A stretch of DNA of 64,000 bases from an uncultured Nitrospinota bacterium (GTDB lineage: Bacteria > Tectomicrobia > Entotheonellia > J063 > CAVPRW01): assembly GCA_963707985.1 (NCBI GenBank), contig CAVPRW010000017.1, positions 192,001 to 256,000 of the forward strand, in the 5' to 3' direction. The notes beneath the pieces are model-generated. The model was not told the DNA's origin. It did not search any database and saw only the letters and a list, made by a program, of their open reading frames with translations. This document shows, piece after piece, positions 1 to 10,060 of this stretch; within the stretch, counting starts at the first letter, position 1; every line of letters begins with the position of its first letter. The position numbers and the translations under genes are program-made.

Positions 1-1041
1 CACCTGCACGAGGCGCGATTTGCCAATGCCCGCTTCGCCGCTGAGCAGCACCACCTGCCCGAGGCCGTCCTTGACCTGCGCCCAGCGCTCCCGCAGCAGC
101 CCCACTTCCTGCTCGCGGCCCACGAGCGGGGTCAGGCCGGTGCTGCCGGCCGCTTCCAGGCGACTGCGGGCCGTACTCTCATACAGTACCTGATAGACCT
201 CCAGCGGCTGGGCAACGCCCTTCAGGACCGGGGTGCCGAGCGACTGGCAGGCAAAGAAGCCGCCGAGCAGCGGCACGGTGGCGGCACTGATCACCAGGGT
301 ATTGGGTGCGGCGATCCCTTGCAGGCGGGCGGCGAGGTTGGGGGTCTCGCCGAGGGCCAACTGTTCCTGCCTCGCCCCGCCCCCCATCTCACCCACCACC
401 ACCAGACCGGTATGGATTCCCAGGCGCACCGCCAGCTGCACTCCTCGCTCATGCCCCAGGCGGGTATTGAGTTGTCCCATGGCCTCAACCATGCCCAGCC
501 CGGCCCGCACCGCCCGCTGCGCATCGTCTTCGTGCGCCTGAGGATAGCCAAAGTAGACCAGCAGGCCATCGCCGAGATACTGCGCGATATGCCCCTCAAA
601 GCGGGCGATCACCTTGGCGCAGGTGTCCTGATAGGCCCGCACCACCTCACGCCAGTCTTCTGGGTCGAGCTGGCTGGCCAGGACAGTCGAGTCCACCAGG
701 TCGCAGAACAGCACGGTGAGCTGGCGGCGTTCGGCCTCTGGGGCACGCTGGGCGGCTCGTGGAGAGCCACTCTGGGCAGATGGCTCTTCCACCCGTTCAG
801 TCACCTGCGCTGGTTGCCCGGGCCTCGGGGTGGGTGTTGGCGTGGCACTCACCCTAGCTGTCCACACGAGACCCGGCCCATCCTCTTCAACAGCCCCCTG
901 GTGTGCATAGAGCAGTTCTTCCTTGAGCGCGTCGAGTTCCTCGTCATCCAGGTGGAACTGGACCTTCAGCGCTCGATAGGACACCCGTCCTCGGCTGTGG
1001 AGGAGGTCGACGATCTGATCCAGCACCGCATAGAAGTCCAT
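1..1041 (-). CDS. Class III adenylate/guanylate cyclase-AAA ATPase protein (runs off left edge)
   Basis: Hand translation from ATG at 1041: MDFYAVLDQIVDLLHSRGRVSYRALK...RRQLTVLFCDLVDST...ALGETPNLAARLQ...VLLSGEAGIGKSRL (Walker A). ATG overlaps the upstream TGA (TGATG). Confidence 0.85.
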   Translation of the reverse strand, partial: MDFYAVLDQIVDLLHSRGRVSYRALKVQFHLDDEELDALKEELLYAHQGAVEEDGPGLVWTARVSATPTPTPRPGQPAQVTERVEEPSAQSGSPRAAQRAPEAERRQLTVLFCDLVDSTVLASQLDPEDWREVVRAYQDTCAKVIARFEGHIAQYLGDGLLVYFGYPQAHEDDAQRAVRAGLGMVEAMGQLNTRLGHERGVQLAVRLGIHTGLVVVGEMGGGARQEQLALGETPNLAARLQGIAAPNTLVISAATVPLLGGFFACQSLGTPVLKGVAQPLEVYQVLYESTARSRLEAAGSTGLTPLVGREQEVGLLRERWAQVKDGLGQVVLLSGEAGIGKSRLVQV

Positions 1042-4000
1042 CACCGGCCCTCCACCTGTGCCAGCGCCGCCTCGGCCTCGGGCAGCCAGAAGGTCATGTC
1101 CATGGCGCGGTAGAGCGCGATGGCCGCGGCCAGTGCAGGGCGGGCCGTGTCTCCGCGTCCGAGCGCGGCATACAGGGTCCCGAGGCCGAGATGACAGTGC
1201 GCCAGCAGCGGGCGCATGCCGAGTGCCTCGGCCAGGACCTGGGCCTGGCGGTAGGAGGCTTCGGCCTGCTCGGCATCGAGGGGGTCGGCGTGGGCCTGGA
1301 CGGTGCCCAGCTGGTGCAGCGCGTGCGCCTCGTCCCCGCGTGCCTTCTGCTGTCGGGCCAGGTCGAGCGCCTGGTGCGCATGCTGCCAGGCCTCCTCGCT
1401 GTATCCCGCCAGACGATACACCTCGCTGAGCCATGCGAACCGATAACCCTGACCTTGCAGTCCGCCGGTGCGAATACTTTCGCTGATCCCCTCCTCCAGC
1501 AGCGCACGCCCCTCCGCGAGACGTCCCTGGAGCGCAGAGGCATAACCCAGGCCTGCCGCGATCACTCGCAACCAGGCCTGGTTGTCAGAGACACGACAGA
1601 GGGCCAGGCCCTGATCCAACATCCGGATGGCGGACTCCAGGTCCCCCTGGGTGAGGGACAGGAGGCCGAGGCAGCCGTGGACCGCCATGGGGGTGTTCCC
1701 TCGGCCTTCTCGCGTGGCCAGGCGGAGCGCCTCCTCCCCGTGACGCCGGCCCTCCGCGAAGGCCCCGAGCGCGCTCAAGGTTCGCGCCAGCCATGCCTGG
1801 GACTCGATCCACACGTCTGTGCTAGGCCTGCCAGACTCCCGGTCCGCCGCCTCGACGTTCCGCCGCAGCAGCTCAGCTGCCCGGCCGAAGTCGCCGATGA
1901 CATAGTAGGCCTGCCCCAGGCGATAGGACGCTTGCACTTGCAAGGCGCTGTCCCCGAGCGCAGCCGTGAGCGCAAGGGCTTGCTGACCCGCCGCAATGGC
2001 GCCATGAGTGTCTCCCATCGTTCTGAGTACCGTGGCCATCTGGGCCAGCACCCGTCCCAGCCGGGCCCGGTCGTCGAGCGCCCGGGCCAGGACCTCGGCC
2101 TCGCCCAACAGGACGAGGCGCCGCCTATGCTCTCCCAGTGCGAGCAGCGGGAGATCCATCGCCAGGCGGAGATCGAGGGCCAGCCCCCTGGTGTGGCCAT
2201 GCTCGGACAGGTGCGCGAGGGCCTGGAGGGCCTGCTCGAAGGCGGCCACCGCCTCGCGGAACGCGGCGCGCTCGTGCGCCCTGGCGCCGGCCCGCTGGCA
2301 GTAGGGCACGGCCTTGTCCCACACCTCGCCCCGCAGGGCATGGTGGGCGAGCCGTTCGACCTGCTCAGCTCCCCGGTCGGGCGCGAGTGCCTCAAGCGCC
2401 TCTACCAGGCGCGCGTGCAGCCCCCGCCGCCGCTCCAGCAGAAGGCTGCCATAGGCCACCTCGTGTGTCAGGGCATGCTTGAAGGTGTACTCCGGCTCGG
2501 GGAACAGGCGGGTCTCATACAGGAACTCTGCCGCCTGCAGGTACGCCAGGCCGCGGTGCAACGCCGCCTCGGGCACGTCTGCAATGGCCTGGAGCAGCGG
2601 CAAGGGTACCTCGGTGCCAACCACGGCCGCCGTTTGCAGGAGCCGCTTCTCCTCCGGTGGCAGGCGGTCGATGCGGGCGGCCAGCACGGCCTGCACCGTG
2701 GCGGGGATCTGCAGCATCGGGATGGATGTCGCCAGGCGATAGCCCCCAGGCTCACCCACCAGCCCTTGGGTCTCGATCACTGCCCGTGCGCTCTCTTCCA
2801 GGAAGAACGGGTTCCCCTCGGTCTGCTCAATAAGGCGCTGCTTGAGCGGTGCGAGGCTGCCATCGTCGCCCAGCAGGGCACGCAGCAAGGCCTCCGCGCT
2901 GTCGGGGCGCAGAGCGTCGAGCCGGAGCTGGCTATAGGAGGTCTTCGAACCCCAGCTGTGTGAGTACTCGGGGCGGTAATTGACCAGCAGCAGCACCCGG
3001 GCAGTCGGCAGACTCTCGACCAGGCTGTCGAGCACGGCTTGCGTCTCGGTGTCGATCCAATGTAGGTCTTCGACGATCACGAGCAGCGGCTGTACCTGGC
3101 TCTCGCGCAGCAGCAGGCGTTTGACGGCCTCGAGGGTGCGCTGCCGGCGTTGAGAAGGATCAAGGGCGTGCCAGGCGGCGTCCTCGACGGGCACGTCGAG
3201 CAACGACAGCATCGCCGGCAGGGTCGGCTGGAGTGCCGTATCGAGGCCGAGAATTTTGCCCTCCACCTTCTCCCGCATCCGCCGAGGCTCATCACGGTCC
3301 TCGATCTGGCAGTACCCCTTGAGCAGGTCGATCACCGGGAGGTAGGCTGTCGCCTGGCTATACGACACGGACCGACTCTCCAGCACCAACCACCCCTGCG
3401 TCCAAGGCGCGTGCAGACACTCATAGACGAGTCGGGACTTGCCCACCCCCGGCTCGCCCACCAGCGCCACCACCTGACCTTGGCCAGTCTCGGCCCAGCG
3501 CAGGGACTGGTGCAGGTGGTCCAATTCACGATCCCGTCCGACAAAGCGGGTGAGCCCCTGCACGGCTGCAGCCTGGAGCCTGGTTCGCATCGGGCCGGGC
3601 CCAGTCACTTCATACACGGCCAGCGGCGCGCTTAGCCCCTTGATCGCGACCGGCCCCAAGGACGTGACCTGCACATAGCCTTCCGCCAACCGCAACACCT
3701 CAGGCGTGATGAGGATCGACCCCGGCATCGCCATCTGCTCCATGCGAGCGGCTAAGTGGGTGGTCTGGCCTACAGCCGTGTAGTCCATGTGCAGGTCGCT
3801 GCCGATGGACCGCACCACCACTTCACCGGCATTCAGCCCGACCCGGATGTGGATGGGTACGCCTTTGCGTGCGTTGCACCTCTGCGGCATACTGCTTGAC
3901 CGACTCCTGCATGGCCAGCGCCGCATAGCACGCCCGGATGGCGTGATCTTCATGCGCGATCGGCGCCCCGAACAGCGCCATGATGCCGTCGCCCATGACC

Positions 4001-4419
4001 TGATTCACGGTCCCCTCATAGCGATGGACGGCCGCCATCATGCGTTCCAGCACCGGGTCGAGCAGCTGGCGCGCTTCTTCGGGGTCGCGGTCCGCGAGCA
4101 GCTCCATGGAGCCCTTCAGGTCCGCAAACAGCACGGTGACCTGCTTGCGCTCGCCTTCGAGCGCACTCTTTGAGGTCAGAATCTTCTCGGCGAGATGGGT
4201 GGGCGTGTAGGTGAGCGGCACGGGCGGGCGGGGCGCCACTAGTGGGGCGGTCGAGGCGCGGGCTTGTGCGGGAAGAGCTGCCCCACATTCGCCACAGAAC
4301 TTCGCCTGTGGCTGATTGGCAAACCCGCACTGGGAACACGGCATCCGCAGCGATGCGCCGCATTCGTTACAAAACTTCAGACCCTCTGGATTCTCAAAGC
4401 CACAGCTCGGGCAGTGCAT
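1041..4419 (-). CDS. Double zinc ribbon-class III cyclase-AAA ATPase-TPR protein (frameshift ~3865)
   Basis: MHCPSC..CNEC..CSQC..CGEC; VTVLFADLKGS, MGDG, HLAARME; GEPGVGKS; EDLHWID; TPR-like C-terminus. Split over ORFs 3823..4494 and 1041..3953. Confidence 0.88.
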
Positions 4420-4510
4420 GAGTATACCCTCGGGCACGGCCGTGCGGGGGGATGGGTCACACGCGGGTAGGTGCCTCAACGCGCTCCCCTGCAATGGGCG
4501 TCTTGAATGC

Positions 4511-4557
4511 TGTGTCAGTACTCCAGGCGGCGCCTGGTGTCAAGTGAAAACATGAGG
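4511..4557 (-). promoter_or_regulatory. Conserved upstream element (TTGACA-17-TACTGA) of cyclase gene
   Basis: Near-identical to 17252..17299 upstream of the paralog; the spacer CCAGGCGCCGCCTGG is palindromic. Confidence 0.55.
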
Positions 4558-5059
4558 CGGTTACAGAGGCTGGATGGGCGAGGGAGGACTCCTTGGCTAT
4601 GGGCACGGTCACAGTGGTGCTGGACGACTACTGGAGAAGGCCAGAGCCCCTTAAGGTCGGCAGCCGTGCCGCTAAGGCCGTAAAAGTGCGGTTGCTGTTA
4701 ACCTGTGTTCCGAAGCGGGATCGCCATTAGATCTATGATCACGAACGCTCCTCAAGCAGCCGTTTGGCCTCTTGTCTGAGTCGACGCAGCTCCGCGTCAT
4801 AGTAACGTTCCCTACTCTTACCTGCCATGGTTAGCGCTTCCGCCAGCGCCCCGGGCACTGTTCACGCCGTGTCGATCTAACCAGCGTGTTCAAAGTCGAA
4901 CAGACCCCTAGGCGGCTGAATATTCAACCCAGAGCAGGCTCTCCTGATGGCCGATGCACCTCGGCTGTTCAATTCTCCAATCTACCTGATATCGCCCAGT
5001 GCTCTCATAGATGATTTCAATCTATACAATTACAAAGACTTAGCATCGATATCTTATCG

Positions 5060-5075
5060 AGGCACACCTTTTGCT
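5060..5075 (+). promoter_or_regulatory. Putative sigma54 promoter of hydrogenase operon
   Basis: aGGCACacctTTTGCT = GG-N10-GC, ~110 bp upstream of ATG 5188; AT-rich IHF-like TTACAAAGACTTA just upstream. Confidence 0.55.
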
Positions 5076-5187
5076 CAAAGAAGACGGCAGAAGGACTGGG
5101 ATCAAGGGGAATAGGACATCAGGCCACCGATGGCATCGGTCGTCGTAGTCCTTGGCCGGAGGGGAGCGCGCTTCGGAGGGAGACATC

Positions 5188-5988
5188 ATGACAACGCTCC
5201 TTTGGCTCGAATGCGGCGCATGCAGCGGTGAGTCCATGGCGATTCTTGGCGCCGAAGGGCCGGGCAAGGCAGGCGACAATCTGCTCGACTTCTTGGAGTG
5301 CCATCACGTGCAACTCCTCTGGCATCCCTCGCTCTCGTTGGAGCCTCCGAAGGTCTTAGCAGCGATTATTGCACGTATCCTCGCTGACGAGCAGGAATTG
5401 ACTCTCCTCTGTGTCGAGGGGAGCATCATCCATGGCCCGAACGGCACGGGGATGTTTGATACGTTTGACGGAAAACCCAAACGAGACATTATTCGAGCCT
5501 TATGTCACAAAGCCGACTACGTGCTGGCCATGGGTACCTGTGCCGCCTTCGGGGGAATCCCGGCGGCCCCGCCCAATCCCACGGAATCGAGCGGCCTGCA
5601 GTTCAGCCACGAGCAGCCGGGGGGGTTGGTCGCTCCACAGTGGCGGTCCAAAGCCGGCTTGCCCGTGGTGAATCTGGCCGGATGTCCGGTCGATGCGGCG
5701 ACCATGATCAAGACCATGGGCTCGATCCTTCAGGGGGTACCCCTCGACCTGGATGCTCATAATCGGCCATGTATCGTCCGTCCCTGTCTGTCAGACGCCT
5801 CGCCCAGGAAATGCGGGACGGCCGAGAAGGTGGGGTATTCCTGCTACGGCTGTATCGCTGCCAAGTTCCCAGCCAGCAAGCCTCTGTTCAGGCACGTGGA
5901 ACCTCCGGAAAAAGCTAAGCGCTTCGATCCGCACAGCCGGAAGACCTCTCTGCACGATGGCTGGAGGGCCTCGGAAGATGCCGCCTGA
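5188..5988 (+). CDS. [NiFe]-hydrogenase small subunit, group 2 (HupU-like), no Tat signal
   Basis: LLWLECGACSGES, LCVEGS, GTCAAFGGIPAAPPNPT, NLAGCP, CYGCxxxKFP; RBS GGAGGG. Confidence 0.85.
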   Translation: MTTLLWLECGACSGESMAILGAEGPGKAGDNLLDFLECHHVQLLWHPSLSLEPPKVLAAIIARILADEQELTLLCVEGSIIHGPNGTGMFDTFDGKPKRDIIRALCHKADYVLAMGTCAAFGGIPAAPPNPTESSGLQFSHEQPGGLVAPQWRSKAGLPVVNLAGCPVDAATMIKTMGSILQGVPLDLDAHNRPCIVRPCLSDASPRKCGTAEKVGYSCYGCIAAKFPASKPLFRHVEPPEKAKRFDPHSRKTSLHDGWRASEDAA

Positions 5989-7531
5989 GGTGTTAGGTCG
6001 ACGCACAATTAAAATGGAGATGAACCGCGTCGAAGGGGACCTCGAAATCCAGCTGGAGGTCGAGGGTCATACGGTCACCGATGCCTGGTGCATCGGCACG
6101 ATGTACCGCGGCTTTGAGCAGATTTTAGGTGGGCGTGACCCCCAGGATGTGTTGGTGATCACGCCCCGGATTTGCGGTATCTGCAGTACGGCCCAGCTCT
6201 ATGCGGCTACAGCCGCATTGGAGGTGGCCTACCAGGCTCCGATTGCGCCCAACGGCAGTCGCATCCGCAATCTGTGTTTGATGGCGGAGTCGGTCATGAG
6301 CGATGCCAGGCATACCTTTCTGATGTTCGCGCCCGACTTCTGCAACCAGACCTACAGCACGCATGAGCTCTATGCAAACGTCATGAAGCTGTTCGAGCCC
6401 CCGTTCAAGGGCAGCATTGCCAGGGACACCGTGCAATATTCGAAACAAATCCTGGGCATTATCATCGCGTTCGGGGGGCAGTGGCCGCATTCGACGTATA
6501 TGATGCCCGGGGGTGTCACCGCCCCCCTGACGAAGCTCAAGGTTGTCGAGAGCTTATCCGCCATCGATGCATACACGCGATGGTACGAACAGGTCATTTT
6601 GGGCTGTCCGTCCGAGTGCTGGCTGGCAGTGAAGACGGTCGACGATTTCCACGCCTGGTTGGAGGCACGGGAAGCACACAGGAACAGCGTGGTTGGCGTG
6701 TTTGCCCGCTTCGGCCGGTCCATCGGATTGCACAAGACGGGAACAGGGAGCCCGCACTTGCTGACTGCCGGGTGTTACTATGATCCAGAGAAGTGGCAGC
6801 CCCCCTTTGAGGAACGGCACTGTCTGCAGCCGGCGGGTTTCTACAATGGCGAAACGGACGAGATCGAGGCCTTCTCACACCTCGATATTGCAGAGCATGT
6901 GCGCTATTCCTGGTTTGTCGATCCCGGCGGTGGACGCCATCCTTGGGAGAGCCAAACCACGCCTGAGTATAAGACCGACGGCGAGCCATACAGCTATGTC
7001 AAGGCGCCCCGTTACCGGGGCCAGGTGGTGCAGCTCGGGCCCCTGGCAGACCTGGTTATCGCCGGAGATCCGCTGATGACCTCCTTCTTCAAGGCGGAGG
7101 GGCCGAATACCTGGCTCCGGCAGTTGACCCGGCTGCATCGGCCCGTCTATGTGCTGCAGGCAATGCGCAGGACGGCGCTGGAGTTGATCGAGCATCTCGG
7201 CGAACCGACCTTCATGCGATCGGAACCGCGGGCGGAGGCCGATGGCTATGGTTTGATCAATGCCTCACGGGGCAGTTTGGGACATTGGATCAACATCAGG
7301 AACGGAAAGATTGCGAATTATCAGGTGATCACGCCGACCACCTGGAACGGGTCTCCGCGCGACTCCTCAGGAAAGCGCGGGCATTGGGAAGAGAGTTTCA
7401 TCGGTCTGGAAATCAAGGACTTGGAGAACCCGGTGGAATTATGCCACGTTGTCCGCTCGCACGATGCCTGTCTCGTCTGTACCGTCCACTTCGTGAGGAC
7501 CGGCAAGAAACGAACGTTTCAGCTGTGGTGA
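5978..7531 (+). CDS. [NiFe]-hydrogenase large subunit, group 2 (2c-like)
   Basis: NRVEGDL; L1 PRICGICS; GGQWPH; L2 RSHDACLVCTVH followed by a 13-aa tail. Confidence 0.93.
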   Translation: MPPEVLGRRTIKMEMNRVEGDLEIQLEVEGHTVTDAWCIGTMYRGFEQILGGRDPQDVLVITPRICGICSTAQLYAATAALEVAYQAPIAPNGSRIRNLCLMAESVMSDARHTFLMFAPDFCNQTYSTHELYANVMKLFEPPFKGSIARDTVQYSKQILGIIIAFGGQWPHSTYMMPGGVTAPLTKLKVVESLSAIDAYTRWYEQVILGCPSECWLAVKTVDDFHAWLEAREAHRNSVVGVFARFGRSIGLHKTGTGSPHLLTAGCYYDPEKWQPPFEERHCLQPAGFYNGETDEIEAFSHLDIAEHVRYSWFVDPGGGRHPWESQTTPEYKTDGEPYSYVKAPRYRGQVVQLGPLADLVIAGDPLMTSFFKAEGPNTWLRQLTRLHRPVYVLQAMRRTALELIEHLGEPTFMRSEPRAEADGYGLINASRGSLGHWINIRNGKIANYQVITPTTWNGSPRDSSGKRGHWEESFIGLEIKDLENPVELCHVVRSHDACLVCTVHFVRTGKKRTFQLW

Positions 7532-7547
7532 GGGGGAGCTCGAAGCG

Positions 7548-7790
7548 ATGGTGCACGTCGTGTGCTTTGGGAATGTGTGGCAGGGAGACGATGGCTTCGG
7601 CATTCATGTGTTCCGGCGGCTGTGTGGGAGGCGCAGTCTGCCCCCGCAGGTCAAGGTGTTTGAGGCCGGGACCGCGGGCCTGGATGCGCTCGTGTATTTT
7701 GACAACTGCCGCAAAGCGGTGATTGTGGAAGCCGCCCTTGAGGGCGCGATCAGGTTGGTACACAGGGAATGCATGAACTCAGCCTTATGA
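7548..7790 (+). pseudogene. Hydrogenase maturation protease, C-terminally truncated
   Basis: VVCFGNVWQGDDGFGIHV...EAGTAGLD...AVIVEA; only 80 aa, about half the normal length. Confidence 0.75.
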
Positions 7791-7970
7791 GTGCAGTCTT
7801 GGACGCCATCACTGAGCAGACCACGAGAGAGCACTTCTCCCAAGTGCACCGGGTTTCTCTAGAAGTGGGGGAGCTGTGCAACGTTGAAGTGGAAGCCTTG
7901 GCTTTCTGCTTCGAGGTCGTAATGAAAGGAACTATCGCTGAGCACGCCTCGTTCCGCATGACACACATAT
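7769..7970 (+). pseudogene. hypA: HypA N-terminal fragment
   Basis: MHELSL...VGELCNVEVEALAFCF..GTIAE; lacks both CxxC zinc motifs. Confidence 0.75.
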
Positions 7971-8215
7971 GCACCATGAGCCCCCAGTTCCACCGCTTCG
8001 AGCCCCGAAACGTGGCAGACGCGTCATTCAACTTGAGGAGGATCTTCTCAGCAAGAACACAAGATTTGCGGAAAGAAATCGGCATTATTTGCGCGGAATC
8101 CGCGTGCTTGCCTTGAATCTGGTCTCAAGCCCAGGGGCAGGGAAGACAACGCTGCTGATTCGCACCATTCAGGATCTGAAAAGCCGCGCTTCGATCGCAG
8201 TGATCGAGCAAACAG
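7969..8215 (+). pseudogene. hypB: HypB fragment
   Basis: LEEDLLSKN..AERNR...NLVSSPGAGKTTLL..IAVIE, then similarity ends. Confidence 0.78.
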
Positions 8216-8345
8216 CAGATGGTCGTATCCAGGTAAGGGTAGGCAGGAAGAGTAACCGGGTAAGCTTCGCTCACTGCGAGGGGCGAGCCAACCCTGGAGG
8301 CCTTCGAGTTCCAGGCCTCGGCGAGCAGACGACAAGGAGGAACGT

Positions 8346-8615
8346 ATGTGTCTGGCGATGCCTGGGATGGTGCTGGAGATCGTAGATTCCGCGAGGCGGA
8401 TTGGGAGGGTTGAGATCAATGGGACACCTCGTCTGGTGAACCTGGGGATGCTTGACGAGGTAATCCCTGGCAATTGGGTGTTGGTACAGCTCGGTCTTGC
8501 CGTGGAGAAGATCGATGCAGAGGCGGCACAGCAGGCTATGGGCCTACTGGAAGAGCTCAGGGCAGTGTTTGAGCAGGAACTGGCACCGGGGGTCGGAGAG
8601 GAGACGGAACGATGA
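8346..8615 (+). CDS. hypC: HypC/HupF family chaperone
   Basis: MCLAMPG...GNWVLVQLGLAVEKID; RBS AAGGAGG. Confidence 0.85.
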   Translation: MCLAMPGMVLEIVDSARRIGRVEINGTPRLVNLGMLDEVIPGNWVLVQLGLAVEKIDAEAAQQAMGLLEELRAVFEQELAPGVGEETER

Positions 8616-9367
8616 GCCGTGCAGGGGCACTCCTGGCGGCGCGGTTTAGCTTCATGCCGAACCGCCTCGGATACTGCGGTCCGGAAGAGAACCCGGCGAT
8701 GCTCGACTACCTGGCCGAGGGATACAGCGATCGGGGTCTCGAGCAAATCCTGAGCCGGTTTCCGGGGGCCTTCCCTTACTACGCCTTCACCTCCACAGCA
8801 AACAGCGTTCGGGATCCATTCGACTCCCGCGTTACTGAGGCGTACAGGATCGGCAACGAGTTGCTCGATCAGGTGGAGCTCGTGGATCTGTACCGCTATA
8901 TCGAGGAACGCTTCAACAGTCGCTTCCCCACACAACTCTTGCGCTCGCTTCTGAGGCAGGTCCCTGCGGGCACGCGCCCGCACCACAATTTTCACGTCTT
9001 CAGCATGCCGGTGCGGACGGGTCATCAGGAGATTCCGCACAGCCTGGAGACGATGGACGAATGCCGGGTGAGCTGGGGACGCGTGGTCGCCGCCCAGGGC
9101 GACAACCTGCTGGTGGAGCGCCAGCCGCTCCGCTTCGCCGGGGAGGACATTACCCTCGGCCCGCCTGTACCCCGTAGTGTCTTCCGCCGCTTCGACGGGA
9201 AGGCCATCGTGACCGATATCTCCCCAGGGGACGTGGTGGCCGTTCACTGGGGCTGTGCCTGCCAGAAGTTAACGACAAGGCAACGGCGGTGCCTCACTCA
9301 TTACACACGGCAGCATCTGGCGCTAGCGAACGCGCAGCGGCGCAGGAGCGCCGTCCTTCGCCTGTAG
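8612..9367 (+). CDS. DUF6390-like protein
   Basis: ARFSFMPNRLGYCGP, PHHNFHVF, MDECRVSWG, GDVVAVHWG; ATGA-coupled to hypC. Family name is from recall, not a search. Confidence 0.7.
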   Translation: MSRAGALLAARFSFMPNRLGYCGPEENPAMLDYLAEGYSDRGLEQILSRFPGAFPYYAFTSTANSVRDPFDSRVTEAYRIGNELLDQVELVDLYRYIEERFNSRFPTQLLRSLLRQVPAGTRPHHNFHVFSMPVRTGHQEIPHSLETMDECRVSWGRVVAAQGDNLLVERQPLRFAGEDITLGPPVPRSVFRRFDGKAIVTDISPGDVVAVHWGCACQKLTTRQRRCLTHYTRQHLALANAQRRRSAVLRL

Positions 9368-9745
9368 CAGCTCCTTGGCGTGCTCGGAGGGCAAAGGGTC
9401 GAGCTGGAGCTGGGTGTAATAGGTCTTGTTCCCCCAGCTGTGCTGATACTCGGGGCGATGGTTGACGAGGAGGAGCAGTCGGGTGGCCAGGAGGCTCTCG
9501 ACCATGCTGTCGAGGAAGGCCTGGGTCTCGGCATCAATCCAGTGGAGGTCTTCGAAGACGACGAGCAGTGGCTGCCGTTGACTCTCCCGCAGCAGGAGAT
9601 GCTTGAGAGCCTCCAAGATGTGCTGGCGGCTTTGGATGTCAGGATTTTCTCGGCGAGGTGGGCTGGTACACTGCCCGCAAAACTTCATGCCTTCCGGATT
9701 CTCAAAGTCGCAGCATGGGCAGTGCATGGGTGCGATCTCCGGCAT
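9360..9745 (-). pseudogene. Multiply deleted cyclase-AAA relic
   Basis: Zinc ribbon MHCPCCDFENPEGMKFCGQC, out-of-frame HLAEKILTSK, then LLLRESQ..EDLHWID..LDPL; the intervening domains are missing. Confidence 0.8.
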
Positions 9746-10060
9746 GGCCCTGCGAGTGTGCGCTGCCCGAATCCCTCACTGCCATTACCCGAGGGGCTCA
9801 CGCTGCAGACGTGTGGCGATCGAGGTCATCTGGAGGATGTTACAAGACGCCCGCCGATTAGTCACACGTCCGAAATCGCCTGGTGCGAGGCCCCGAATGG
9901 ACACGCGGCGGCGCATGTGGTGATGGCCTTGCCTGCCTTCATCAGGCGCATCCCCTCCCAAGTATGCGCGTTTCGCTCGCCTGACAAATAGGGTATAATC
10001 CCACCCACATCAGGCCGTCACGATCAGCACCTTGACTCCCGTGGTCCCGGAGCTCGCCCC

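Noticed and set aside
319..2963. Long + strand ORFs (264 and 590 aa), and similar ones opposite groEL and other genes
   Set aside because: Antisense shadows of high-GC coding genes with no motifs.
4800..4930. ATCTAAC-containing stretch resembling an attC start
   Set aside because: No matching right half or palindrome.
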